Virus record (IMG/VR): IMGVR_UViG_3300046517_002304
Span: 434,001 to 498,000 of that record
Strand: one strand, 5' to 3'
Length of the DNA stretch: 64,000 nt
Shown: piece after piece, positions 1 to 8,844 of the stretch
How the letters are laid out: each line of letters begins with the position of its first letter
How positions within the stretch are numbered: position 1 is the first letter of the stretch
Made by a program: the position numbers and the translations under genes
The notes under the pieces: generated by a model
The model's database searches: none
What the model was told of the DNA's origin: nothing
The model's input: only the letters and a program-made list of their open reading frames with translations

Positions 1-484
1 CAAAAGCACAAATGGGAAAATCAACCCCTGTCGCCACTTCCTTACGATAATAACCATAGCCTACTCCTCCGCCTGTATCTTTTTTTTCAACTGATTCTGA
101 AGAAGTATCTCCGTCATGCATAAGCCGCTTCTTAACAGAAAAATTATAAGGATGCGACATTCTAACAATAAACTTAGCGGCATCCGTACGATGCACTGAT
201 GGGCAAAGAACAACACGTTTATTGCCATACTCATTATTTAATGCAATAACAGGAAGACAAGTTTTCTGACAAATAATGTCAGGCAAATCATTATCTACAG
301 CGCAAGACGCAAGAATACAAGGAGAAAAAATACTTTCTGCCCTTGCTAAAACAGTGTCTAACGCCGGACCAATGTTGGGTATGCGAAAAATTTGATGAGG
401 AATATTCCAAAACGACAAATCATTGGATAAGTACCCAACATCATCGCTCTCTTTATTAGTGGTTATTATAAATACGGGTTTCAC
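1..484 (-). CDS. PurE-fold protein, degenerate; runs off the left edge
   Basis: Not in ORF track. GTG at 484 overlaps the upstream TGA and the frame stays open to the edge: MKPVFIITTNKESD...FWNIPHQI...CILASCAVDNDLPDIICQKTCLPVIAL resembles PurE, but the SAHR motif is missing. Confidence 0.55.
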   Translation of the reverse strand, partial: MKPVFIITTNKESDDVGYLSNDLSFWNIPHQIFRIPNIGPALDTVLARAESIFSPCILASCAVDNDLPDIICQKTCLPVIALNNEYGNKRVVLCPSVHRTDAAKFIVRMSHPYNFSVKKRLMHDGDTSSESVEKKDTGGGVGYGYYRKEVATGVDFPICAF

Positions 485-1395
485 GGCTTCACCAACACCT
501 TCTCGGCACTTTTGTCACAGTATACGAATGTGTTCACCCAACCGGTTTCTTCCTTGCCAACAAACTTTGTATATCCATCTAAAAATCTGGTAATATACTT
601 GTTTGTCTGAGCGGAATAAGTATATGACCTCAATGCGTCTTTATAATTATCTTTCTTCTGATCATACAAAAGACCAGCTCTTACCAATATGGTAAACAAA
701 GATCTCTTCAGGGTATCGGCCCTCCAAAAACCAGATGGATCAATTTCAATAATATTGTACTGATTGGTTTCGTAAAACTTGGTGAACTCTTTTAATCCAA
801 GCTTTACTTCAAGTCTATGGATGAACCTAGCAACCCGACGAGATCTAAGACGGTAATCATTATAATTCTTAGCAGTTCCTTTGCTAATACTTACCGTACA
901 AAAGAACATCTTTTCCGTTTTTGCATGGAATGACTTAGCAAACTCTTCTCTACAATGAAACCACTTAACCGTACTGTTTTTCTCGTTATCAAACACCCCT
1001 AAGTGCTGACCTTGCGGCTCGTAGATAGAAAAGCAACATGCCCGCATTGGGCGAACCATTGGAATAATATACTTCGCCGACAAACTATCATATGTCTTTT
1101 TAATTTCTTCATTTTCCAACGTAGTTTTTGCAAACTCGCAACATTCATCTATAATATTTTGGTAGTTGCTTCTTTTAGCATCAATTCTATCAAACTTCGT
1201 ATAGATAGGCTCCCACTTGTCGCCCTTTTGATTCAAAACTAAGTAAACTGCGGTGTCTGTAGACAAAGGTTTCTTGGCAGCAACTACAGTTAACTTTCGC
1301 GTTGTTAAAAACACCCGTCCAGGCTTTACGAAATGCATCGTAACTTTGCCGGAACAATTATCAGATTTTAATTCGCAACTTCCAAGTAATCTCAT
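481..1395 (-). CDS. hypothetical protein, paralog family B (CR[ED]xF ... FW ... R-S motif)
   Basis: 304 aa ORF; C-terminal half aligns by eye with ORFs at 57596, 58584 and 59209. Confidence 0.8.
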   Translation of the reverse strand: MRLLGSCELKSDNCSGKVTMHFVKPGRVFLTTRKLTVVAAKKPLSTDTAVYLVLNQKGDKWEPIYTKFDRIDAKRSNYQNIIDECCEFAKTTLENEEIKKTYDSLSAKYIIPMVRPMRACCFSIYEPQGQHLGVFDNEKNSTVKWFHCREEFAKSFHAKTEKMFFCTVSISKGTAKNYNDYRLRSRRVARFIHRLEVKLGLKEFTKFYETNQYNIIEIDPSGFWRADTLKRSLFTILVRAGLLYDQKKDNYKDALRSYTYSAQTNKYITRFLDGYTKFVGKEETGWVNTFVYCDKSAEKVLVKP

Positions 1396-1404
1396 GATTA
1401 TCCC

Positions 1405-2148
1405 TTAGACATCAAGGATACGAACAGTACGACCAACGTTAGTTTTAACCTGAATAACTTTATTAATATAAGCATCTTCACGACCGGCGCATAAACTGAG
1501 CACTTCGGTTCTACCTTTAGATACTTCTCTTAAAACGTCATCTAGTTCTTTTGAGAAGAGAGCCTTGTTTTCATCTAACGCTATCTTGCTACATGGAGGG
1601 TAAGATGACAAAGATACAACCTTGCAATCAGATGTGTAATAATTATCAAAATACTCCTTAACACTGACAACTGTATTGTAATATGCATTCTTTGCGTAAA
1701 CCGGGGGATTATCACGAAGCATGGCTAAGGATAAATCATCAATATTATTGTGAGTATAATTACCAGCAGGAATATTATGGGGGAAAATTTCACATCCCAG
1801 TATCATCAGTTTTTCGCCATTATTAAATATGGCCCCAGAATTAGAAACATAATGCAACTTCGGGTATTTAGCACAAACCTTGATTATACTTTGACGCATA
1901 TGGTTAAGCGTGTAAAAAGCAAAATCATTAGCCCCGAGTATAAAATAAATATGGCAAGCTGAAACGCCGTGTATGACACGCAGATAATACTCAACAGAAT
2001 CATGTGCCGCAATATTACCGGCAATACATAAAACATCTAGTTTCTTTGTCTCAGTAGACAAATGGTCCAAAAATGCCTCTAAATTTTCAGAAGAAGCAAC
2101 GTGCAAATTGATGTTCGCTAAAAGTCCAATTTTCATGAACGATCCCAT
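1405..2148 (-). CDS. calcineurin-like metallophosphoesterase-fold protein with degenerate metal motifs
   Basis: IGLLANINLH / LCIAGNIA / FILGANDF occupy the DxH / GD / GNH motif positions. Confidence 0.65.
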   Translation of the reverse strand: MGSFMKIGLLANINLHVASSENLEAFLDHLSTETKKLDVLCIAGNIAAHDSVEYYLRVIHGVSACHIYFILGANDFAFYTLNHMRQSIIKVCAKYPKLHYVSNSGAIFNNGEKLMILGCEIFPHNIPAGNYTHNNIDDLSLAMLRDNPPVYAKNAYYNTVVSVKEYFDNYYTSDCKVVSLSSYPPCSKIALDENKALFSKELDDVLREVSKGRTEVLSLCAGREDAYINKVIQVKTNVGRTVRILDV

Positions 2149-2771
2149 AAAATAGTTTTTTGAATTTGTTTTAAGCCGACATTTGTTTCATAGTTGGAAT
2201 ATATCCAAGCTGGAATAATAGGATACTCCAAAAACGTATCTGGGTCAATATCTAAATTTCTTTCACCATCTAACCGATTTTGCTCATAAAAAATTGATTG
2301 GAAATTTTTGGGCAAAAGATTGACCGCTACGAGCGTTCGTACATAACCATATTCCCAAGGATATTCTATACAAAAACCCTCAAGGCGATCTACGCGGTCA
2401 ATCATCAAATCCCAATTCGCCTGGTTATAGAAAAAAACTTCTAGCGCGCCAGATGAATTTTTGTCAAAAGTCAATCCAAGTCCACGAGGAACAACGTGTG
2501 GGATAAATGCCTTGCTGTGACCATAATAACAATGATGCTCATGTCCTCTAGACGGGCAATCTTTGTGAACTCCCATTAGATAAGAATTAACATGCCGTCT
2601 CGGGAGATTCCTTAAAGTCCCAAACACTGCCATAGGAAATGGGAAGGCGTATCTCTGGCTTACAGGCGCAGCCAGAAAGCGATCATACAACTTCCAAAGA
2701 CCTTTGAGTTTAGGCGACAACCAACGCTCCCTTTTCTTCATTGTCGTCGTCGGATGATTCGTAAACAGCAA
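2133..2771 (-). CDS. gamma-glutamylcyclotransferase (AIG2-like) family protein
   Basis: AVFGTLR motif, LEVFFY, VDRLEG, YVRTLV; true start may be the ATG at 2741. Confidence 0.7.
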   Translation of the reverse strand: MLFTNHPTTTMKKRERWLSPKLKGLWKLYDRFLAAPVSQRYAFPFPMAVFGTLRNLPRRHVNSYLMGVHKDCPSRGHEHHCYYGHSKAFIPHVVPRGLGLTFDKNSSGALEVFFYNQANWDLMIDRVDRLEGFCIEYPWEYGYVRTLVAVNLLPKNFQSIFYEQNRLDGERNLDIDPDTFLEYPIIPAWIYSNYETNVGLKQIQKTILWDRS

Positions 2772-3051
2772 TCACGTCTTCAACTGGAATAAGGAACCGA
2801 TTCTCGCCGTCTTCATACGATGCAGGCATAGATCTAGCTAAACTACAAATAGCCTTTGAATACTTTCTAATGTTTACGTAATCAAAATCATGTTCTACCT
2901 GAGGCGAAACAGCAAGAATTCTACAATTTCTAGTAGGAATTTTAGCGGTATCGGGTAATGCAATTCCACCTTTTGTCATACCTGAATCGGCCTCTTTAAG
3001 CACCAATACTCTCGGGCCGGACGGAACAATAGAAGTTAATTCTTTTTTCAT
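2710..3051 (-). CDS. groES: co-chaperonin GroES-like
   Basis: IVPSGPRVLV...TKGGIALPDTAK...ILAVSP and C-terminal LIPVEDVIAV. Confidence 0.8.
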   Translation of the reverse strand: MKKELTSIVPSGPRVLVLKEADSGMTKGGIALPDTAKIPTRNCRILAVSPQVEHDFDYVNIRKYSKAICSLARSMPASYEDGENRFLIPVEDVIAVYESSDDDNEEKGALVVA

Positions 3052-3056
3052 AGTTT

Positions 3057-3290
3057 TTATCCAAAGGTAAGAGTGGTAATTATATTGTCTTCGTCAAGAC
3101 CAACATTTAATCTACTTGACACAAAGTCACATGTATAAACTGATCCTGGCTTAAGCACCCGCACTTTAGTAGCTTCTTTAATTACGGTTTTAATTCCTTC
3201 TCGCGTAATATCGTTTTCCTCTAAAGGAATCTCTACAAGTCTTCTGCCTAGTAAAACACTAGCCCCTTTTATTGATTGGCTGCTGCTCAT
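3057..3290 (-). CDS. I78-family serine protease inhibitor-like protein
   Basis: RVLKPGSVYTCDFVSSRLNVGLDEDNIITTLTFG pattern. Confidence 0.7.
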   Translation of the reverse strand: MSSSQSIKGASVLLGRRLVEIPLEENDITREGIKTVIKEATKVRVLKPGSVYTCDFVSSRLNVGLDEDNIITTLTFG

Positions 3291-3303
3291 TTTATTCTCC
3301 TTA

Positions 3304-3732
3304 TTAGTCTCTTCGGTTTTTTTCGTACCATTCTCTCAAATTTTCATCTGTAAAAACAAGCCATATATCTTTTTGCCACTTATTAGATGGTCCGATAATA
3401 CATCCGTATGCGTATAGCTCTCGTCCATAAGGCGCTTTTGGATTCTTAAAATACCACACTCCAGATCCTTCCTCAATGCCAGTAAATGCAAATATTTGTC
3501 CTGTTTTCTTATTAAGGCCAGACTTTAATGGATGATATGAGCCAAGGCTGCATGTCCCGGATACCATCACCGTCAAATCAACGCCTAAAGGAATTTTTTT
3601 AATGTCTTCTAAAAATAATTGATTTAAATTCTCTGGCTTTTCCGATTTATGTCTTTCAGTAGGATATTTTAAACCATGTAATTTTCTATCTCTAATGAGT
3701 TTTTCAATGTCGCGCTGGCTCATAGAAATCAC
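3304..3732 (-). CDS. hypothetical protein
   Basis: 142 aa ORF packed in operon. Confidence 0.7.
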   Translation of the reverse strand: MISMSQRDIEKLIRDRKLHGLKYPTERHKSEKPENLNQLFLEDIKKIPLGVDLTVMVSGTCSLGSYHPLKSGLNKKTGQIFAFTGIEEGSGVWYFKNPKAPYGRELYAYGCIIGPSNKWQKDIWLVFTDENLREWYEKNRRD

Positions 3733-3744
3733 AGCCTCAAATTC

Positions 3745-4959
3745 TCAAGCAACTTTTTTAGGCATACAGTGCAATTTTGCACTACCGCAAACAGATTCCT
3801 TGGTAACTACATAATCCATCGGCAAAATGTCAACCATTGTATCCAACAATAAGTTTTCAATAATAGTTTTTAGCGCTCTTGCTCCAGTTTTTTCTGCATG
3901 CGCTTTTTCGGCGATAGCTATAAGCGATTCTTCTGTAAAGTCTAAGCTGGCACCAGATAGCTTAAATATCGCGTCATACTGCTTGCAAAGAGAATTCTTG
4001 GTATCTCGCAAAATACTCACAAGAGCAGAAACGTCTAAGCTGGATAAAACCGTTTTCACTGGAAGTCTACCGACAAACTCTGGAATAAGACCATATTCAA
4101 TTAAGTCTTCATTAATAACGTCGGCTAATATATGTTCATTAAATCCATCGCTACCAAAACCGATTCGTTTTCTATTAGTTCTTTTAGCAACAATCTTATC
4201 AAGGTGAGTAAAAGCGCCGCCACAGATAAAAAGAATATTTGTAGTATCAACTGGAATATATGCTTGCTCAGGATGCTTTCTGCCACCTGCCGGAGGCACA
4301 TTAGCAATAGTGCCTTCCAGCATCTTTAGTAAAGACTGTTGAACTCCTTCTCCAGAAACATCCCTCGTAATTGAAACATTACTACTAGTTTTACTAATTT
4401 TATCTATTTCATCAATAAAGATAATTCCTCTTTGTGCCACTTCTACATTAAAGCTGCAATTATGCAACAATTTAAGAATTAAATTTTCAACGTCCTCTCC
4501 GACATACCCTGCTTGCGTCAGCGTAGTAGCATCGCCAATCGCCAACGGCACCGACAATATTTTTGCTAAGTTCTTAACTAAGGCTGTCTTACCGACGCCG
4601 CTGGGTCCGATCATTAAAACATTTGATTTTTCAATCTCTACATCTGTAGATGTAGAGAAAATTCTTTTATAGTGATTACTAACAGCAACCGATAAAACTT
4701 TTTTAGCATGACTCTGGCCGATGATATAATCGTCTAGTCTTTTAATAATCTCTAATGGTGATGGAATACTTTCCATCGTTTCCTGATTTAGATTTACTAT
4801 TGAGTTTTCTTTAAATATCCTTGTGCAATCTGATACGCAATCCAAACAAATATGGGTGCTTTCATCTTGCCCATGTACTAACTGCTTTGTCGCATTACCA
4901 ACTCCACAGAATGAACATTTTTTGCTGGGCATTTTTCGTCTTCGTGTGCTTTTCGCCAT
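3745..4959 (-). CDS. clpX: ClpX AAA+ unfoldase
   Basis: C4 zinc finger CSFC...CLDC, Walker A GPSGVGKT, Walker [22 protein letters not shown] loop RIGFG. Confidence 0.97.
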   Translation of the reverse strand: MAKSTRRRKMPSKKCSFCGVGNATKQLVHGQDESTHICLDCVSDCTRIFKENSIVNLNQETMESIPSPLEIIKRLDDYIIGQSHAKKVLSVAVSNHYKRIFSTSTDVEIEKSNVLMIGPSGVGKTALVKNLAKILSVPLAIGDATTLTQAGYVGEDVENLILKLLHNCSFNVEVAQRGIIFIDEIDKISKTSSNVSITRDVSGEGVQQSLLKMLEGTIANVPPAGGRKHPEQAYIPVDTTNILFICGGAFTHLDKIVAKRTNRKRIGFGSDGFNEHILADVINEDLIEYGLIPEFVGRLPVKTVLSSLDVSALVSILRDTKNSLCKQYDAIFKLSGASLDFTEESLIAIAEKAHAEKTGARALKTIIENLLLDTMVDILPMDYVVTKESVCGSAKLHCMPKKVA

Positions 4960-4970
4960 TTGATAATCTT

Positions 4971-5297
4971 CTAAAAATAAAAAGAATAAAGAAATAATTC
5001 ATACAAACAAACTGCCGACAACAAAACGTTGGCTGTTGGAATAAGCCAAGCGCGGCCAAAAGAAATAATCCAACTTGGCCTGTGCTTTGAATAAAGCACA
5101 TAAACGCTAATGCCGACTACAAACATTGTAAGCAAAAACTTGAAGAAACACAACCCCAAAAACCCAAATTTTACCAGAAAAAACTCAGCAAATACGTTCA
5201 ATTCGTAAAAATTGTTAGGGCAATCAACCACTAGTAGTTTAGTTAGATATAAATCAATACAACTGAGAAAGATAAACAAAACATAATTTCGTATCAT
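4971..5297 (-). CDS. small membrane protein (DUF5658-like)
   Basis: Three hydrophobic segments; DLYLT...ELN...FG..GL..FK pattern. Confidence 0.6.
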   Translation of the reverse strand: MIRNYVLFIFLSCIDLYLTKLLVVDCPNNFYELNVFAEFFLVKFGFLGLCFFKFLLTMFVVGISVYVLYSKHRPSWIISFGRAWLIPTANVLLSAVCLYELFLYSFYF

Positions 5298-6415
5298 TGC
5301 ATCAATTTAGTGTTCATTCCTCCAATTTTATCTAAATTATCAAAAAATAGCTTCATGGGAATATCACCACATCCCAAAACAGCTTTCTTACTTGAGAGAC
5401 TCTTATTGGCTATCAGGCTTGTGACTGATGCTGCCGTAAAGCCAGTTGTTTTCTGCATAGCAGTAAAAATGTCATCGTGCTCAACGCAAACACGACGAAC
5501 CCAATGTCCATTTTTATTCACGATACTTGCGCTAATTAAAACTTTATCTTTTCTCGTCTTCGGGCATGCGTTTTTAACCGCTCTACGAAACGTATCTTCA
5601 TCCATTTTACAATCGCCCAACAAAAATTTAATCAGCTTACAATGGCCACCATATCTTATTGTTTTATAATCACACTCTTTAACCCCGCGAGTCATTAGAG
5701 ATGGCAACAAGCCACCGACTCCACCTTTAGTATTAAATGCCTCAAGATATTCTACGGTACAAAAATTTTTAGTGCTTACGTCACATAAAAATTCTATTTG
5801 TTCTATATCCTCTAACGCTGTAACCTTGGTAATTTTTGAATCTTTAATCGCATCGCATTGACCGACATATTCATTATAAAGACCATCCAAACTAAAGACT
5901 TGATTATACTGCAATAAATTGTTCGGATTAATCGGCAATCCGCCTACTCTTAACTTTATTACCGCATTACTTAAGTCTGATACAGTTTGTATACCATTTT
6001 CTAATATTAAACCAACTAATCCAGGTGCCAATCCCAATGAAACAAAGCAAGATTGCTCGCTGTTATAAAATCCACCTTCATTAAAATAACCCTCAATCTC
6101 CTGGTCTACCACTGGATTGCCGCCTAAATCTGTATAGCTACGTTTTAATTCAATACAATTTTTAGCAATATCCTGATTAGCCCAATATGGCGCAGCCGAT
6201 ATTACCGTAGCATCTTTGACCTCAGATAAATCTTCTAAATCTTCAGCAACCCCATCAATACCAATTTGGTTGCAATCAAAGAATGCAATGGCGTCTAGCA
6301 AAGAGCTACTATTAGGTTCTACCATATAAATAGGGTGATTCAATTTAGACAAGCCATAAACAATGGCCCGACCCATTTCACCACCAGCACCGACCACAAT
6401 AACGGGTTTATTCAT
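5294..6415 (-). CDS. saccharopine dehydrogenase / lysine 6-dehydrogenase-like NAD(P) oxidoreductase
   Basis: GAGGEMG Rossmann motif, YTDLGG, GLAPGL, VGGLP, FSLDGLYNEY. Confidence 0.85.
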   Translation of the reverse strand: MNKPVIVVGAGGEMGRAIVYGLSKLNHPIYMVEPNSSSLLDAIAFFDCNQIGIDGVAEDLEDLSEVKDATVISAAPYWANQDIAKNCIELKRSYTDLGGNPVVDQEIEGYFNEGGFYNSEQSCFVSLGLAPGLVGLILENGIQTVSDLSNAVIKLRVGGLPINPNNLLQYNQVFSLDGLYNEYVGQCDAIKDSKITKVTALEDIEQIEFLCDVSTKNFCTVEYLEAFNTKGGVGGLLPSLMTRGVKECDYKTIRYGGHCKLIKFLLGDCKMDEDTFRRAVKNACPKTRKDKVLISASIVNKNGHWVRRVCVEHDDIFTAMQKTTGFTAASVTSLIANKSLSSKKAVLGCGDIPMKLFFDNLDKIGGMNTKLMQ

Positions 6416-6448
6416 TTTATTTCCCTGTCAAATTGATTTTCAAATGAC

Positions 6449-6476
6449 ATTATACCACAAAACAGATAATAATCAA
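6449..6476 (-). promoter_or_regulatory. sigma70-type promoter TTGATT-N16-TATAAT with TGTG extended -10
   Basis: Read on the minus strand upstream of the ORF starting at 6415. Confidence 0.65.
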
Positions 6477-6478
6477 TA

Positions 6479-6510
6479 GAAAAAGCGGCAGGATTTCCTG
6501 CCGCTTTTTC
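6479..6510. terminator. intrinsic terminator (bidirectional)
   Basis: Perfect 14-bp inverted repeat GAAAAAGCGGCAGG-ATTT-CCTGCCGCTTTTTC. Confidence 0.9.
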
Positions 6511-6528
6511 TGGAAAACTTCGGGTTGA

Positions 6529-7014
6529 CTAGGCCGCTTTGTAGAGCTTCTTGCGACCTTCACCGCTCGGAACCGAGACGATTTCCTTGTTCGTGCGCAG
6601 CTTGTGAATGAGCTGGCCGAGAACGGGGGCAAAACTGTCAGACTTCGACTTGTAGCCAGCAGCCGCGACCTTATCACAAGCATCCTCAAGGGTCAGGCCC
6701 TTCGGATTCTTGGCGAGCACCTTCTTGAAGACAACTTCAAGGGTCGGCTTGCCGTTGCGTTCAGGACGGCTTCCGGCGCGACCAGTCGCGGTCTTCTTAC
6801 TTGTGCGAGCCACCTTGGTGGTCGCGCCGTTCAGTGCTTCAACAGCCGCAATGGCAGTCTCAAGCAACTGCTGTCGCTTCGTGAGCGAAGCCGATTCAGC
6901 GACAAGCTGACTCAACGACAAGAGGCCCTTGGGACTCTTGGCAGGCTTGCTGACCTTCTTGGCGGGGGTTTTGACAACCTTCTTGACGGACTTCTTCGCG
7001 GTCTTCTTAGCCAT
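6529..7014 (-). CDS. Lys/Ala-rich nucleoid-associated-like DNA-binding protein with C-terminal winged-HTH-like domain
   Basis: Likely start ATG 7014 (MAKKTAKKSVKK) after AGGAAA; basic tail, coiled coil, basic linker, helical domain; GC about 55-60% in counted lines. Confidence 0.7.
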   Translation of the reverse strand: MAKKTAKKSVKKVVKTPAKKVSKPAKSPKGLLSLSQLVAESASLTKRQQLLETAIAAVEALNGATTKVARTSKKTATGRAGSRPERNGKPTLEVVFKKVLAKNPKGLTLEDACDKVAAAGYKSKSDSFAPVLGQLIHKLRTNKEIVSVPSGEGRKKLYKAA

Positions 7015-7129
7015 GGTTCTGTGTTTCCTGTTAAGTCCCTGTCCACTCTTAGGAAAGGCATAGAGTAAGTAAAAAAGCTGGGACATGCTTTTTCTTTTTC
7101 TCTATCCTACTTGCTGCGTCTCTGTCTTA

Positions 7130-7163
7130 ACTATACGACAAAAATTATAAAAGGGAAGTAAAA
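7130..7163 (-). promoter_or_regulatory. promoter class TTTTACTTCC-N18-TATAGT (copy 1)
   Basis: Same 10-mer and 18-nt spacing at 10383-10416 and 42899-42932. Confidence 0.7.
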
Positions 7164-7213
7164 TCTTCTAAAATAATGAAAAAATAGCAAAATATCGCAC
7201 GCTATATTATCTT

Positions 7214-8386
7214 GTGTACAAATCATACAAGATAGAGCTAGCCCCAAACAACAAGCAAAAGACACGATTCTATCAATGTGCCGGTACAGCTAGATTCATA
7301 TTTAACTGGGGATTATTTAAGATTTCATCCGCTTACAGCAAAGATAAAACAAAAATAACGACATTTGAATTAAGTAATCAACTAACTCAACTCAAAAAAA
7401 CAAAAGAATATATTTGGTTAAAAGAAATTTCTTCTTGGGTACCGATTTATGCCTTGCAAAATCTTAATTCGGCATTCAAAAATTTTTTCCGAAATTGCAA
7501 GCAAAATAAAAAGGGCAAAAAAGGCTTCCCTAAGTTTAAACAAAAAGGCAAAGCCTTAAATAACTTTACCGTGAGCGATGTGTTCTACGGCCCAAAACAC
7601 GTTAAGCTACCAAGGATAGGTAAAATACGACTCAAGGAACATGGTTACATTCCAGCTAACTCTAAAGTCGTCAATGCAACAATAACTGAACATGCGGGAC
7701 GATGGTTCATATCAATGCTAATAAATGAACCAGAGCCAAATTTTCAAGGTGCCAAAGACAAATACTCGCAAGTAGGCGTTGATCTAGGAATTAAAACACT
7801 TGCTGTAATTAGTGACGGACAAGAATTTCAGAGTCCTAAGCCACTTAAAAAGCACACTAAAAAACTCAAAAAACTACAACGAAAACACGCTAGATGTAAA
7901 GGAGTCAAAAACAGAGAAAAAGCAAGAAAAAAACTGGCAAAATGCCATTATCGCGTAACATGTATTCGCAAGGATACATTGCATAAAATTACTACACACT
8001 TAACGAAAACCAAGTCAAGAATAGTAATTGAAGATTTAAACGTTTCGGGAATGATGAAAAATCATAAGTTGTCAAGAGCAATCTCAGATTTAGGCTTCTA
8101 TGAATTTCGCAGACAGCTTGAGTATAAAGGAAGATGGTATAATTGTGAAATTATACTGGCCGATAGATTTTTTCCATCTAGTAAAACTTGTCCGTGTTGC
8201 AACGATATTTATAAGGACTTAACACTTGATCAAAGAGAATGGAATTGTGCCAACTGTAATACCCTGAACCTAAGAGATTCAGCCGCAGCAAAAAACCTAG
8301 AAGTCTATCCTGAAAAACACGCACACAAATATAATAAACAAAGTACCGTGAGTTCCACGGAAGCTGACAAAGTGTCTACGACTTAG
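7214..8386 (+). CDS. tnpB: RNA-guided endonuclease TnpB
   Basis: N-terminal HTH YKIELAPN; RuvC-I GVDLG, RuvC-II IVIEDL, zinc finger CPCC...CANC, RuvC-III RDSAAAKNL. Confidence 0.95.
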   Translation: MYKSYKIELAPNNKQKTRFYQCAGTARFIFNWGLFKISSAYSKDKTKITTFELSNQLTQLKKTKEYIWLKEISSWVPIYALQNLNSAFKNFFRNCKQNKKGKKGFPKFKQKGKALNNFTVSDVFYGPKHVKLPRIGKIRLKEHGYIPANSKVVNATITEHAGRWFISMLINEPEPNFQGAKDKYSQVGVDLGIKTLAVISDGQEFQSPKPLKKHTKKLKKLQRKHARCKGVKNREKARKKLAKCHYRVTCIRKDTLHKITTHLTKTKSRIVIEDLNVSGMMKNHKLSRAISDLGFYEFRRQLEYKGRWYNCEIILADRFFPSSKTCPCCNDIYKDLTLDQREWNCANCNTLNLRDSAAAKNLEVYPEKHAHKYNKQSTVSSTEADKVSTT

Positions 8387-8426
8387 GAAAAGAAAGCTCT
8401 GGCTTACAATGGGTAAGCGAAACTGG
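7214..8426 (+). mobile_element. solo tnpB element (IS200/IS605/IS607-derived, no tnpA)
   Basis: tnpB ORF followed by hairpins typical of the right end/omega-RNA; right end tentatively at GTAAGCGAAACTGG (8426); left end not identifiable. Confidence 0.6.
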
Positions 8427-8446
8427 CTTTTATGATTAAGTAATTA
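8344..8446 (+). ncRNA. putative TnpB omega/reRNA 3' scaffold plus guide
   Basis: Hairpins CCGTG-AGTTC-CACGG (8346-8360) and GCTTAC-AATGG-GTAAGC (8402-8418) overlap and follow the tnpB 3' end; boundaries inferred. Confidence 0.45.
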
Positions 8447-8821
8447 AGCAGGTAAAGTACCGTCACTCTTAAGGAGCGATAATTTTTGCAAAACTTCTTT
8501 TCGCATGATTTTGACGCTTGTCGGAGCATCAATCCCAATTCGCGTTGAATCCCGAGAAACTCTGACACATGTAATGCCAACATCTATATCAGCACCACCA
8601 TCATCAAGCTTTAGCTGTACGCTATCTTTAGGATTCAGCGTAAATTCATGCCATCCACCTTCTGATATTTCGAAATCAGGGAAGATAACTTGAGGGTGAG
8701 CGCTAATACCCAAATGAGCTTGGCCATTCCTAGCGGAAAAACAAATCAACGTAACGTCCGCAATATTAGCGCCTGTAGACAACTTGATCTCTTCTCCGGC
8801 TTTCCTCGTCAAAACCAACAT
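8444..8821 (-). CDS. csrA: CsrA/RsmA-family translational regulator, tandem two-domain form
   Basis: Starts MLVLTRKAGEEI, ends RIGIDAPTSVKIMRKEV; 125 aa, about two CsrA units. Confidence 0.85.
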   Translation of the reverse strand: MLVLTRKAGEEIKLSTGANIADVTLICFSARNGQAHLGISAHPQVIFPDFEISEGGWHEFTLNPKDSVQLKLDDGGADIDVGITCVRVSRDSTRIGIDAPTSVKIMRKEVLQKLSLLKSDGTLPA

Positions 8822-8844
8822 GGCTTTTCCCTTTCCTTGGATTA

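Noticed and set aside
6604-7068. 154-aa plus-strand ORF and many other antisense ORFs in the track
   Set aside because: They lie opposite well-supported genes and have no RBS or motif; here the long open frame follows from the high GC of the real minus-strand gene
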